A stretch of DNA of 64,000 nt from positions 59,778 to 123,777 of the forward strand of contig JAWKXO010000001.1 in assembly GCA_041396985.1 (NCBI GenBank), written 5' to 3'. The translations under genes were made by a program, and so were the position numbers. The stretch's first letter is position 1. Each line of letters starts with the position of its first letter. This document shows, in pieces, positions 9,097-18,286 of the stretch. The stretch is from Emcibacteraceae bacterium (lineage in GTDB: Bacteria > Pseudomonadota > Alphaproteobacteria > Sphingomonadales > Emcibacteraceae). The notes beneath the pieces are model-generated. The model saw only the letters and a list, made by a program, of their open reading frames with translations, did not search any database and was not told the DNA's origin.

Positions 9097-10487
9097 TTTA
9101 CTTTCCCCTTATTTTTGGCGGACTGTTTCTTTCCACCTTTTTTTGGCAAAATATTGGCACCGGGAACAGAAATGGTCTGATTGACGTTATGAAGTCTCGA
9201 CAAATATTCCTTGGTCAGGTTCTTTCCATATTCAACGGATGGCTGATCATGCGGGTTAACCCCAAGCAGTTCCGCTGTTATGATTGTTTCCAGAATGAAA
9301 TGCATAATCAGCGCCCCTAATATGCGCTCATTAATTTCACGAATTTTAATCTGCCGGACGGGTTTGCCCCGCTCTCCCAAAGCTTCCACTGTGCTGTCTG
9401 CTTCTGCTTCTACCAGATCACCAATGGTTGAGCCGGCCATAAAATAAAAATCTTTATCATCAATCAGCATTGAATCGATGGTTGGCCCCTCACCCTTGCT
9501 CGAAACGGTGATGACGGTGAAATATTTATCATTTGGGCCATCAAGAAATAATTGAAGCTGGCTATGCTGATCCATCGGACCAAGCGCACTGAAAGGTGTT
9601 GTCCCCTTGCCTTTTTTACCAAGACTTTCCGCCCATAGTTGCTTGTACCAGTTTGAAAAGCCGGTCAGCCGGCATTCATACGGCATCATGACATTGATAT
9701 TAATATTGCGGCTTTTCTGTAGTTCATAAACTGCAATTGCCCCCATTGCCGGGGCCATTTCGGTAATTTTCTCTGCATTCATCATTCTGGTGAGAACCTG
9801 CTGTGCCCCATCACGCAAGGCAACAACGTCTAGCCCAACGATCATGGCCGGCAACAGTCCGACAATTGATAATACTGAAAACCGTCCTCCCAGATCAGGG
9901 TCATGATAATGTATAGGGAGCCGCCATTTAACCGCAAAATCGTGAAGGAAACTTTTCCCCGGCTGCACAATGACGGTAAAATGGTTCTGTACTTCATTAT
10001 CCCCAACAAGGGCTCTCATATAAGAAAAACAGGCCAGCATCTGGGCTATTGTTTCCGCTGTCCCACCGGATTTTGAAATGACCAGGAAGTGGGTATTCCC
10101 GAGGTCCAGCTCTGAAATAAGCTGATGCATTGTGTGGGGGCCAAGATTATCAGGAAAGTGAATTCGCGCCTTGCCATTTGGCACATAGAGCTGCTCACCG
10201 GTCAGCGCGACAAGCATTTGTGCACCAAGACTTGATCCCCCTGTACCAAGCACCACAACATCCTTAAATCGTTTTGAAATCCTGTCAGCGGTTCTGCGAA
10301 TATCCGTCAGGTCATCCCGCTCACTGGGAAGCTGAAGATAGGGGTATAAAAATTTACGTCTGTTGTTCCCATATTTGCGCTTTTCACGCAGCGTTGCTAA
10401 AAATTCTTTTACACGCTTTTCATAGCTGCTCAGATTAATATCATCATTGGCGTCAAAGATATTTTCAAACTGGGTTTCATATAACAT
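9093..10487 (-). CDS. pgi: Glucose-6-phosphate isomerase (short form) with a Lys-rich C-terminal tail
   Basis: SIS-domain motifs VLGTGGSSLGAQ and VISKSGGTAET, then a typical PGI C-terminal half. The tail reads ...ILPKKGGKKQSAKNKGKVK. Confidence 0.85.
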   Translation of the reverse strand: MLYETQFENIFDANDDINLSSYEKRVKEFLATLREKRKYGNNRRKFLYPYLQLPSERDDLTDIRRTADRISKRFKDVVVLGTGGSSLGAQMLVALTGEQLYVPNGKARIHFPDNLGPHTMHQLISELDLGNTHFLVISKSGGTAETIAQMLACFSYMRALVGDNEVQNHFTVIVQPGKSFLHDFAVKWRLPIHYHDPDLGGRFSVLSIVGLLPAMIVGLDVVALRDGAQQVLTRMMNAEKITEMAPAMGAIAVYELQKSRNININVMMPYECRLTGFSNWYKQLWAESLGKKGKGTTPFSALGPMDQHSQLQLFLDGPNDKYFTVITVSSKGEGPTIDSMLIDDKDFYFMAGSTIGDLVEAEADSTVEALGERGKPVRQIKIREINERILGALIMHFILETIITAELLGVNPHDQPSVEYGKNLTKEYLSRLHNVNQTISVPGANILPKKGGKKQSAKNKGKVK

Positions 10488-10620
10488 TTTCAGACTTTCA
10501 TACGCTTATGATCTTTGAACCCTATTAATAATAGGGATTTCTTTCATTTATATTAATATGCTTTGCTTATATACGCGAATTGATCAAATAAATCATTGTT
10601 TTAAATGAATTTTGAATATT

Positions 10621-11997
10621 CTAAACAATCAACGAAACCAATTTATTAAATATATATCCCGCTGCGCCGCCCACCAGCATAATCGGCAACATATAAAACT
10701 CTTTTAAGATATTTAAGACCCCAAGTTTATTTTTGAGGTAAAAATCCAATGGCAAGCTGCCAATTAGATATAATGCCAAAAGCCAGACTGCCCATTCAAA
10801 TCCCCCGACATTAAAAATAAACGGCAACCCGCCAAGCAAAATAACAGTATTAATGACGGCTTTAATTGATGGATATTTTGGTTTATCAACAGAAAAATAA
10901 AGTGCGTCTGAAATGCTGGTCCCTGTAAAAATAAGGGAAAATGAAAGTACAGAGAGCATCCAGCCGGCATCATGATAGCGCTGATCGAAAAGTAAGTTGA
11001 CGATTGCTCCTCCGGAAACAAATAAAAAACCTGCCAGCGACATTGATATGCCATCAGACACCCGCCTGACTTTATAGTAAATTGAGGCGATTTCCTTTTC
11101 ATTGTCGCGATTGATTTCACTGAACAGCGGAAAAAAGACGGTGAAATTTAATTTGAAAATAGCCTGATTGACAGCGGACGCCAGAAAATAAGCAATGGCA
11201 TAAATTCCAAGAATTTCTCCGGAGACCAGATTTCCCAGAATCAGCCTATCCCCCTGAGCCAGAAATGCTGATATTAAACTGGAAACCAGTATCCATTTAC
11301 CGTAATGAAAAATTTCCCAGAATACATCGCTTTTCCATTCAATCCGGCTTTTGGCCCCCGGAAACGAGGTATGGGACATAATTGTCATGATCAAGGAAGA
11401 CAGAACTGCCCCGGAGACAAGTGCCCAGACAGACCGTTCAATTAATAAAGCCCAGGCAATCATAATAAAAATACCGGCAATCTGGGAAAAGATCTGAATA
11501 ATCGTCAGCCTGCCCAGCAGCATTTTTCTGTTGGCGATAATAATGTTCATAGAAGAAAAGCCATTAATCAGTGACGTCAAAGACATCACGGCAATAATCA
11601 TAGGAAGCTCGGGCGCCGTATAAGCCGAGTTTTCAGAAAACAGTCCAAATTCATTTGCGACTTTTATAATAAGGGCAACCAGAAGAACCAGAACTGTAAC
11701 GATAGTCCCTCTTATAATCTGAATAGTCCAGGCCGTATTGATAAATTGTGGATCATCGCCGCGTCTGCTTCTTATGATGCTGGGTTTGATACCGATATCG
11801 GAAATCAGTGTCATCATAAATAAAAAAACCTGGGCCAAAGCCATAATTCCGAACATTTCCGGCACAAGCAACCGGGTCATTATCAGATTATTTGCCAGTC
11901 TTATTACCTGACTCATACCAAAACCGGTAAGCGCCCATAGTCCGGCTTTTATGACACGCGACCACAGGTTATTTTTATTTTCCAACCCATTTTCCAT
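10621..11997 (-). CDS. Wzx-like polysaccharide flippase (MOP superfamily)
   Basis: 458 aa and hydrophobic throughout, with about 12-14 helices. Its length, topology and position in an EPS locus fit Wzx-type oligosaccharide flippases. No catalytic motif can be verified. Confidence 0.7.
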   Translation of the reverse strand: MENGLENKNNLWSRVIKAGLWALTGFGMSQVIRLANNLIMTRLLVPEMFGIMALAQVFLFMMTLISDIGIKPSIIRSRRGDDPQFINTAWTIQIIRGTIVTVLVLLVALIIKVANEFGLFSENSAYTAPELPMIIAVMSLTSLINGFSSMNIIIANRKMLLGRLTIIQIFSQIAGIFIMIAWALLIERSVWALVSGAVLSSLIMTIMSHTSFPGAKSRIEWKSDVFWEIFHYGKWILVSSLISAFLAQGDRLILGNLVSGEILGIYAIAYFLASAVNQAIFKLNFTVFFPLFSEINRDNEKEIASIYYKVRRVSDGISMSLAGFLFVSGGAIVNLLFDQRYHDAGWMLSVLSFSLIFTGTSISDALYFSVDKPKYPSIKAVINTVILLGGLPFIFNVGGFEWAVWLLALYLIGSLPLDFYLKNKLGVLNILKEFYMLPIMLVGGAAGYIFNKLVSLIV

Positions 11998-12144
11998 GTC
12001 TGAACATCATTCCCGTTCTAAATTTTTTATTCATTAGACTTTTGTTTATCCGGCTCATATATAACATCAATTACCAATATATAATTGCAAATGCCAACTT
12101 TATATATCAATGTAGTGTTAATTTAATTAACGGACTGGAATTTA

Positions 12145-13671
12145 ATGTCAGAAGAAATTAGAGCGCTGATATTTATTGCTGTTATTGTCAGCGTTCCTCT
12201 CTTCCTGTTTTTACGCTATTCTTCTTCGGAAGGATTAAAACGGGACGTTAAAATCTGGATTTCTGTTTGGGTTTTTACCACGCTCCTCGCGTTTCTTGCG
12301 CCTAATTTCTGGATATATGCAGTCATCCTATCAATTTTTCTGATCTTTCTGACCAGGAATAAGCCCATTCTGAAATTATGCCTGTTTTTTCTGCTTTTGC
12401 CATCAATTCCTGCTGCTACGGTTATGGTGCCCGGCTTTGGCATAATCAATTATTTTATTTATACCGGACCGCATCATGTTATCATTCTGGTTCTGCTGTT
12501 ACCTCTGTTGATCAGCGGCAGACGAGGGTTAAATGCCACTAAATCAGTAAATATACTGGCGTTTGTTTATTTTTTGCTGCTCGCCGGCATTGCTTTCAGA
12601 GACACAAACGTTACCAATGCTCTTAGATTTACCACCATTACAGCACTGGCAACCATCATACCCTTTTATGCTGTTGGCAGATCGGTGCATAACACAGATG
12701 ATCTGAAGAAAATAATGTTTGCCGCCATATTGGGTATTTTTCTCCAATCCGTCATTGGCATCGCCGAAACCTTAAAAGGCTGGCATCTTTATAATGGGGC
12801 GATTAATTCCCTTGGCTTGAGATGGGGTGTGGGCAATTATCTTAGCCGAAATAATTTGTTACGCGCCTCTGCGGCTTTGGGCCACCCTATAGTACTAGGG
12901 TATATTTCAGCAATCGGCCTTGGGCTCTTTTTATATTTTTATCCGAAAGCACAAAAAAGAATGCGACAGCAGTATTGGATTGGTGTTGCTGTCTTTATTG
13001 GCGGTCTGCTTGCCAGTCTATCCAGGGGACCATGGGTTGGTGCATTTACCATGATACTGGTATTTTTCCTGACCGGGCAAAAAGCGGTCGGAAAACTTTC
13101 GAAATTTTTGGTTGCCGGTTTTTTAATACTTGCCTTATTATCAACAACCCAAGCCGGGAAAAGTTTCGTAGAGCTTATTCCCTTTGTCAGCAGTGATGAG
13201 AATATCCATGCGGTCAGCACGATTAGTTATCGTCAACAACTTCTTGACCAGTCATGGATTGTTATAAAAAGAAACCCGTTCTTTGGGTCTGCCAATTATA
13301 TGGATGCCCCCGAAATGGAAACAATGCGACAGGGCGAAGGAATTATCGATATTGTGAACAGCTATCTGCAGATAGCCCTTTCAAACGGACTGATCGGGCT
13401 AGGTCTGTTTTTATCAATTTTCGCCTCTATTCTTTATAAAATGTATAAATTAATGCCCACACTCAAACAAAATATAAAGTTCAGGGATCTGCTCCTGATG
13501 GACAGGGCCCTTTTTGCCACGATTATTGGTGTGATGGTTACGATCTTCACAATGAGCAGTATCAGTATTTCTCAGCAATATTATTGGAGCCTGCTCGGAC
13601 TGGCCTGTGCTTTCATCAGGATAGCCAAAACAGAACTGCTCAACCATATTCTGGAAACAAACCGAAGATAA
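12145..13671 (+). CDS. O-antigen-ligase/Wzy-like polytopic membrane protein (EPS polymerase or exosortase-associated O-glycosylation ligase type)
   Basis: 508 aa with 10 or more hydrophobic helices and a Wzy_C-like block LLASLSRGPWVGAF. It is the only plus-strand gene inside the minus-strand EPS operons. Confidence 0.7.
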   Translation: MSEEIRALIFIAVIVSVPLFLFLRYSSSEGLKRDVKIWISVWVFTTLLAFLAPNFWIYAVILSIFLIFLTRNKPILKLCLFFLLLPSIPAATVMVPGFGIINYFIYTGPHHVIILVLLLPLLISGRRGLNATKSVNILAFVYFLLLAGIAFRDTNVTNALRFTTITALATIIPFYAVGRSVHNTDDLKKIMFAAILGIFLQSVIGIAETLKGWHLYNGAINSLGLRWGVGNYLSRNNLLRASAALGHPIVLGYISAIGLGLFLYFYPKAQKRMRQQYWIGVAVFIGGLLASLSRGPWVGAFTMILVFFLTGQKAVGKLSKFLVAGFLILALLSTTQAGKSFVELIPFVSSDENIHAVSTISYRQQLLDQSWIVIKRNPFFGSANYMDAPEMETMRQGEGIIDIVNSYLQIALSNGLIGLGLFLSIFASILYKMYKLMPTLKQNIKFRDLLLMDRALFATIIGVMVTIFTMSSISISQQYYWSLLGLACAFIRIAKTELLNHILETNRR

Positions 13672-13677
13672 AAAACG

Positions 13678-14490
13678 TCAGGTATATCCGCGCCATTCAT
13701 CGTCGGATTTATTCAGGACGGTCCCAAGCAGTTTTTTGCTGCTTAAAAGGCGCATACTTTCTTCAATTTCCGATTTGGAGCACATCCCATTGCCCACCAC
13801 CAGCAAAACACAATCAACATTTGGCATAAAGGCAATAGCATCATCAGTCGCAAGAAGTGGCGGCAAATCAAATATAATAATTCTCGAAGCGTAGCGGTCT
13901 TTTACTTCCTCAACAAAGGCTGACATTTTTCTGGATGACATTAAAGCAGAACTATCCTTATAGGCTTTGTTATTTGGCAGCACTACAAGCCTTTGAATGC
14001 CTGGATTAACCAGCATTTCTTCCAGTTCTACCTTACCGTCAAAATAGTCCATTATTGAATGTTTGGTTATAAGTCCGAGATTCTTGGAAACTTCCGGTTT
14101 CTTAAGATCAAAATCGGCAAGCATGATTGAGAAATCATTATACCTTGCCATCGAAATCGCCAGGTTGACAGAGATAACCGTTTTTCCGCAGCCTTGCGTC
14201 GGTGATGTAACCGCAATAGTTTTCCAGCCGTTTTCCTGCATCTTTGATAATATTTTGGTTCTCAGAATGTCAAAAATGGTCGACTTTACATCCTGTTGAT
14301 TATAAACGATTATCCGGTGCTTTTCCAGATGAGCGGGGTCAAGGTCAACCGTTTTCGTATTGACATACGAAAATTCATCAAGACCTTTTGAAGCGCCATT
14401 TGACCTTTTATGCTTGCCGTTTTTCGGAGTAATGCCAGCAGCAAGGTTCTGTTTTTTTACTTTTTCAATGGCCTGTTTAATTCGCTCCAT
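13678..14490 (-). CDS. BY-kinase-like P-loop ATPase (exopolysaccharide / PEP-CTERM-locus tyrosine autokinase type)
   Basis: Walker A VTSPTQGCGKTVISVNLA, Walker A-prime MLADFDLKKP, Walker B RIIIFDLPPLL. The C-terminus ...KSDDEWRGYT holds one Tyr only. Confidence 0.8.
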   Translation of the reverse strand: MERIKQAIEKVKKQNLAAGITPKNGKHKRSNGASKGLDEFSYVNTKTVDLDPAHLEKHRIIVYNQQDVKSTIFDILRTKILSKMQENGWKTIAVTSPTQGCGKTVISVNLAISMARYNDFSIMLADFDLKKPEVSKNLGLITKHSIMDYFDGKVELEEMLVNPGIQRLVVLPNNKAYKDSSALMSSRKMSAFVEEVKDRYASRIIIFDLPPLLATDDAIAFMPNVDCVLLVVGNGMCSKSEIEESMRLLSSKKLLGTVLNKSDDEWRGYT

Positions 14491-14517
14491 TAAGCTTCCC
14501 TTTCAAATTGCTGGAAA

Positions 14518-16104
14518 TCAACTGATCCTCGACCAAACTTTAAAAAAGAAGATATCGAGCGGTAAATATAGGAAATGTACCAACACCAACGCACACACAA
14601 TACTGGCAACAGAAAACCCGGCAATTATCTTAATTCGGTTTTTGCTATGGGCTGTCTCTTCCCAGGTTTCAATATATGGAATATTAGCAAGCGGTTGCTG
14701 TTGGACTGCTTCGGTAAGTCGCGCCATGCCATAAACACTTCCATCAATCATTTCAATAAGGAATATGGCACCAACACCAGCCGCTACTGCGAGAAGGAAC
14801 CCCAGCATAATTATTTTCTGTCTGTTAGGGCGGATCGGTTTTTCTGCCAGAACCGGTGGCTCAAGCACCAGAAAGCGTTCCGCTTTCTTTTCCTCTTCCA
14901 GACTTTCAGAAAGCTGCGCATCCATAAGTTTTGCTTTGATGGATTCGTATTGCGCCAAAGCATTTTCATAATTCCGGTTAAGAGCCCTGAGCCCTCTTTC
15001 GACCTGAGGTGTCTGGATTATTGTTTTCTCCAGATCAGCGATATTTTTTTCCAGTTCTTTTTTAAGCGCCAATTGAGTTTTGATTGTATCGTCAATTGAT
15101 GCAATTCGCGCCTGTATTTTTGCTGCAACCGGGTCGCCAACAATTTCCGGTGAACCATCACCGCCTCCGCCTCCGGCAGCAATTTTTTCCTTTAGCTGAC
15201 TGATTTTTCGTTTCAGGGAAACAATATCAGGGTGGGCATCACCATAAATTGTTGATTTTTCTGCTAGCTGTGCCTCAAGTTTTGCCAGTTCCTGTTCCGG
15301 GTTGGCGGAAATTTCATTTTGGCCATTATCTGTGCTATATGTCCTTGAGGATAGATCAATTTCAAGCAGACTTTTTTGTGATTCAAGTGTTTTAATGGAA
15401 AGATCAATATCCTCAGCGGCCCGGACCGCACGCTCACGCTGATTAATGCGAAGGTCAAGATGTTCCGGCAATGCACTGCTATTTTGCTGTTTGTAGTCGG
15501 CTACCTGATTTTCAATATCTTCGAGCTGGTCTTTTAGCTTTGTTGTTTCGTTATTCAAAAAATCAGTTGTTTCAGAAGCGCGGGAAATTCTGTTTCTGAC
15601 ATTTTCATCCAGGAAAAGTGTCACAAATTCATTGGCAACACTAAACGCAAGATTGGGTTTGCTGTGCTCTACGGATATTCTAAAAGCAATTGCCGTTTTG
15701 CCATTATTCTTCTGGCCCTGAACGTCAGCGCTTATTATTTCCACTGAAACCATATTGCGCATCCGCTCAACCAGATCCGATGCCGGAATGCTTCTTCTGG
15801 CATCACCAAAAAGATTAAATTTATCAATTATTCTCAGAAGATTTTCCCGGATCATAACCCTTTGGGTAATCACGCCAATTCTTTCATCAGCATAACTGGT
15901 GACTGTTGATTGAACAAAATTATCCGGTATCTGTTGCGATTCAACCATAATTGTACCGGTGGACTGGTAAACCGGAGCCATAAGTAGCGCCACACCAATA
16001 CTCACTGCTAACACAAGTACAAACGGAATAATCAGAAATAGATATCGCCGCTTCAATATTGCGAAATAATCTCTTAACGTTAACTCTGCTTCAGAATATT
16101 CCAT
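14518..16104 (-). CDS. Polysaccharide chain-length determinant (Wzz/GumC-like, PEP-CTERM-locus type)
   Basis: N-terminal Wzz block LRDYFAILKRRYLFLIIPFVLVLAVS...PVYQSTGTIMVE. A long coiled-coil periplasmic region follows, with a GGGGGDGS run. C-terminal TM segments are present. Confidence 0.85.
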   Translation of the reverse strand: MEYSEAELTLRDYFAILKRRYLFLIIPFVLVLAVSIGVALLMAPVYQSTGTIMVESQQIPDNFVQSTVTSYADERIGVITQRVMIRENLLRIIDKFNLFGDARRSIPASDLVERMRNMVSVEIISADVQGQKNNGKTAIAFRISVEHSKPNLAFSVANEFVTLFLDENVRNRISRASETTDFLNNETTKLKDQLEDIENQVADYKQQNSSALPEHLDLRINQRERAVRAAEDIDLSIKTLESQKSLLEIDLSSRTYSTDNGQNEISANPEQELAKLEAQLAEKSTIYGDAHPDIVSLKRKISQLKEKIAAGGGGGDGSPEIVGDPVAAKIQARIASIDDTIKTQLALKKELEKNIADLEKTIIQTPQVERGLRALNRNYENALAQYESIKAKLMDAQLSESLEEEKKAERFLVLEPPVLAEKPIRPNRQKIIMLGFLLAVAAGVGAIFLIEMIDGSVYGMARLTEAVQQQPLANIPYIETWEETAHSKNRIKIIAGFSVASIVCALVLVHFLYLPLDIFFFKVWSRIS

Positions 16105-16118
16105 TTCAATTCGGCCTT

Positions 16119-17264
16119 TTAATATGCTATGGAAATTGAGAAAAGATTAGAAATGCCCCAGTCATTGCTCAGGCCAATTCTTTGTCGGCGCAGCTGATAA
16201 CGCAGCCTTATGTTCAGATCTCTCATCACTTCAAAACTTACCCAGGGGCTAACCCCAAAAAACTCATTATTCAGCTGGGTAATATTATTCAGATCCTTAC
16301 TGCGTCGCCAGGATGCCGAGAGCCCGTAATTTACTGATTCAGAGAAATTATAAGTCGTGTTAAACTCAACAGAATCTGACTGTCTTACACCACCAAGACC
16401 ACTGGGCAGCAATTCCCGTGCGCCCCGCAGTGATATTTGGTTATTTTCAAGTTGATGATTGAGCTCGACAATCGCACTCCAGCGGTAATCACCTGAAAGA
16501 TACGTTGCTCCGCCGGTCACTGTGACAAGTGTATTTTCATCAAATTCATAACTAAATCCGGCCAGATAGCTATAGCTGTTTAAGGGTCTCATAAATATAT
16601 TATCGGGTTCATAGCGAAGGTAAGAGAAATTCTGAACCAGTGAAGTTCTTTCATTAAGAGCCACGTCGAGGCCAACTCCAGCAACGTTGCTCCAATAATT
16701 ATTATAATTTATTGTCGAATAGTCGAGTATTTGAAAGCTGTCTGAAAATCTTAATGACCAGGTTTCATTTAAACTGGTTTTTAATCCGAATGAGACATTC
16801 CCACGATCCCTCCATCCATTGTTCCCGGCATAAATGCCGGTATCAAGAAACTCGGTTTCAAAAACGGACTGACGATCAAATCCGCCGCCCAATGTTAACG
16901 TCGAATATTCATATTCATAAACACCATTTACATCAGCACCGAAATTAAATCTGTCTTTCTGTATCGCCTGGTCAGATGATAATGCATAAGCACCATAGGC
17001 GGTAAAGGTTGTTTGTGAGCCTTCATCCTCTATCGTTAAACCAACGGTTGGTCTTATGTTTAAAATATAGACTGATTGTTTATTAGTGCTGCTGAGGTAC
17101 CGGTTATCATCATAAGATCCTTCGGCGGAAAGCCCAAAAGTCGTATCCGTTACTGCCGCATTGGTATATTGTGCCGACAATAAGGCTGCAGAGCAAACAC
17201 CAAGAAACAGCCGTCCTTTGACAGCCTTCAGTGGCTTTTTAGTTATTATTTTTTTTCTGGACAC
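16119..17264 (-). CDS. Predicted outer-membrane beta-barrel protein of the EPS export module (EpsL-like)
   Basis: Signal peptide (...LLSAQYTNAAV), alternating beta-strand-like pattern rich in Y/S/N/G, and a C-terminal aromatic residue (...LFSISIAY). It sits between the Wza-like gene and the chain-length determinant. Confidence 0.6.
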   Translation of the reverse strand: MSRKKIITKKPLKAVKGRLFLGVCSAALLSAQYTNAAVTDTTFGLSAEGSYDDNRYLSSTNKQSVYILNIRPTVGLTIEDEGSQTTFTAYGAYALSSDQAIQKDRFNFGADVNGVYEYEYSTLTLGGGFDRQSVFETEFLDTGIYAGNNGWRDRGNVSFGLKTSLNETWSLRFSDSFQILDYSTINYNNYWSNVAGVGLDVALNERTSLVQNFSYLRYEPDNIFMRPLNSYSYLAGFSYEFDENTLVTVTGGATYLSGDYRWSAIVELNHQLENNQISLRGARELLPSGLGGVRQSDSVEFNTTYNFSESVNYGLSASWRRSKDLNNITQLNNEFFGVSPWVSFEVMRDLNIRLRYQLRRQRIGLSNDWGISNLFSISIAY

Positions 17265-17296
17265 TTTTGATCACCCTTATCTGATTTTAAAATAAT

Positions 17297-17860
17297 TTAC
17301 GGAACAATAACCACATCACCGGCTTTTAAAATAAAGCTCATTGAATCAATAGTTTTACCGGACAGCAAATCATCATAATTATACTGGAAATATCTGACTT
17401 TGCCATTTTCAATTCTTTGCACTTTTATTCCGCCACCATCAGCGAAACGGTCTAGCCCGCCGGCAAGGCTTAAAACCTGTGCAATGGTCATTTGGGAACT
17501 CATAATAAATTCCCCCGGCTTAAGAACTTTCCCGATGACATAAACCCTGTTTCCCGTTACAGACAATACGAGAACGGTTACCTCGGCCCCTGGAATAGTG
17601 TCAGAAAGTTTTTCTTCAATAATCTTTTCAAGTTCGACACTTGAAACCCCGACAACATTAACGCTACCAATCAGCGGAAAAGTGATATGTCCATCCGGAA
17701 GTACCGTTACTTCCTTATCCAGAGTATCTTCGCGCCAGACAGATATATGAAGCTGATCACCGGGATTTAATGTATACCCGGTCAATGCCTGCGCCTGCAA
17801 AGAAGATGTCCCAATCAGCAATCCGGCAAAAGCCAATATGAGCAGTGATATAGATTTCAT
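17297..17860 (-). CDS. Polysaccharide export protein (Wza/EpsE-like, Poly_export plus SLBB)
   Basis: Signal peptide, then PGDQLHISVW...VLPDGHITFPLIGSVNVVGVSSVELEKIIEEKL and a soluble-ligand-binding beta-grasp-like C-terminus. Confidence 0.85.
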   Translation of the reverse strand: MKSISLLILAFAGLLIGTSSLQAQALTGYTLNPGDQLHISVWREDTLDKEVTVLPDGHITFPLIGSVNVVGVSSVELEKIIEEKLSDTIPGAEVTVLVLSVTGNRVYVIGKVLKPGEFIMSSQMTIAQVLSLAGGLDRFADGGGIKVQRIENGKVRYFQYNYDDLLSGKTIDSMSFILKAGDVVIVP

Positions 17861-18224
17861 TTATATTTCAACCAGTTCTCTTTATAATTTTCACTAAGTT
17901 ATAATATTTTACCCTTTTATAAAATAAAATAATTAACAATTGATAATTATCATTTTTTTCTTTGCCAATAAGTTGCCTGTAAGTATGTCACTTTCTGACT
18001 TTTTCCAGTCACAATTTTACAGAATTTTATAGAAAAGCTAAAAAGACAAATTGAATTTTTCTATAGTCAAAATCAATTTTAACAGGATTGAAAACCGGCT
18101 GATTGAAAATTTAACTGTCCGGATCTAATAAAAAAACTCCGGCCCGGTGGCGACACAGACTTTCCCAAAACAACTCCAGACGCAAAAAATCAGGCGCAAA
18201 GCACCTGACATTATACTATTAGCC

Positions 18225-18248
18225 AAAAAATAAACCCCGAAACCGGGG
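18225..18248 (-). terminator. Rho-independent terminator after the PEP-CTERM-like gene
   Basis: The minus strand reads CCCCG-GTTT-CGGGG followed by TTTATTTTTT. A second hairpin (CGTATAA-N6-TTATACG, 18250-18269) lies between the stop codon and this one. Confidence 0.6.
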
Positions 18249-18286
18249 ACGTATAACTTTGATTATACGCCCCGGGAGGAATTTAA

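Noticed and set aside
12081-12106. A second sigma-54 promoter, read on the minus strand as TTGGCATTTGCAATT.
   Set aside because: The GC element follows the GG element by only 6 nt instead of the required 11, so it cannot be a canonical -24/-12 promoter. It is kept only as a shared-13-mer observation.
14575-15099. A 174-aa plus-strand ORF.
   Set aside because: It is antisense to the chain-length determinant gene. The low GC content makes long stop-free antisense frames common here.
18129-18150. A GC-rich segment followed by a T-run on the minus strand (CCACCGGGCCGGAGTTTTTTT), considered as a second terminator or sRNA end.
   Set aside because: I could not draw a stable stem. The CCGG-G-CCGG arrangement leaves no loop, so there is no hairpin support.
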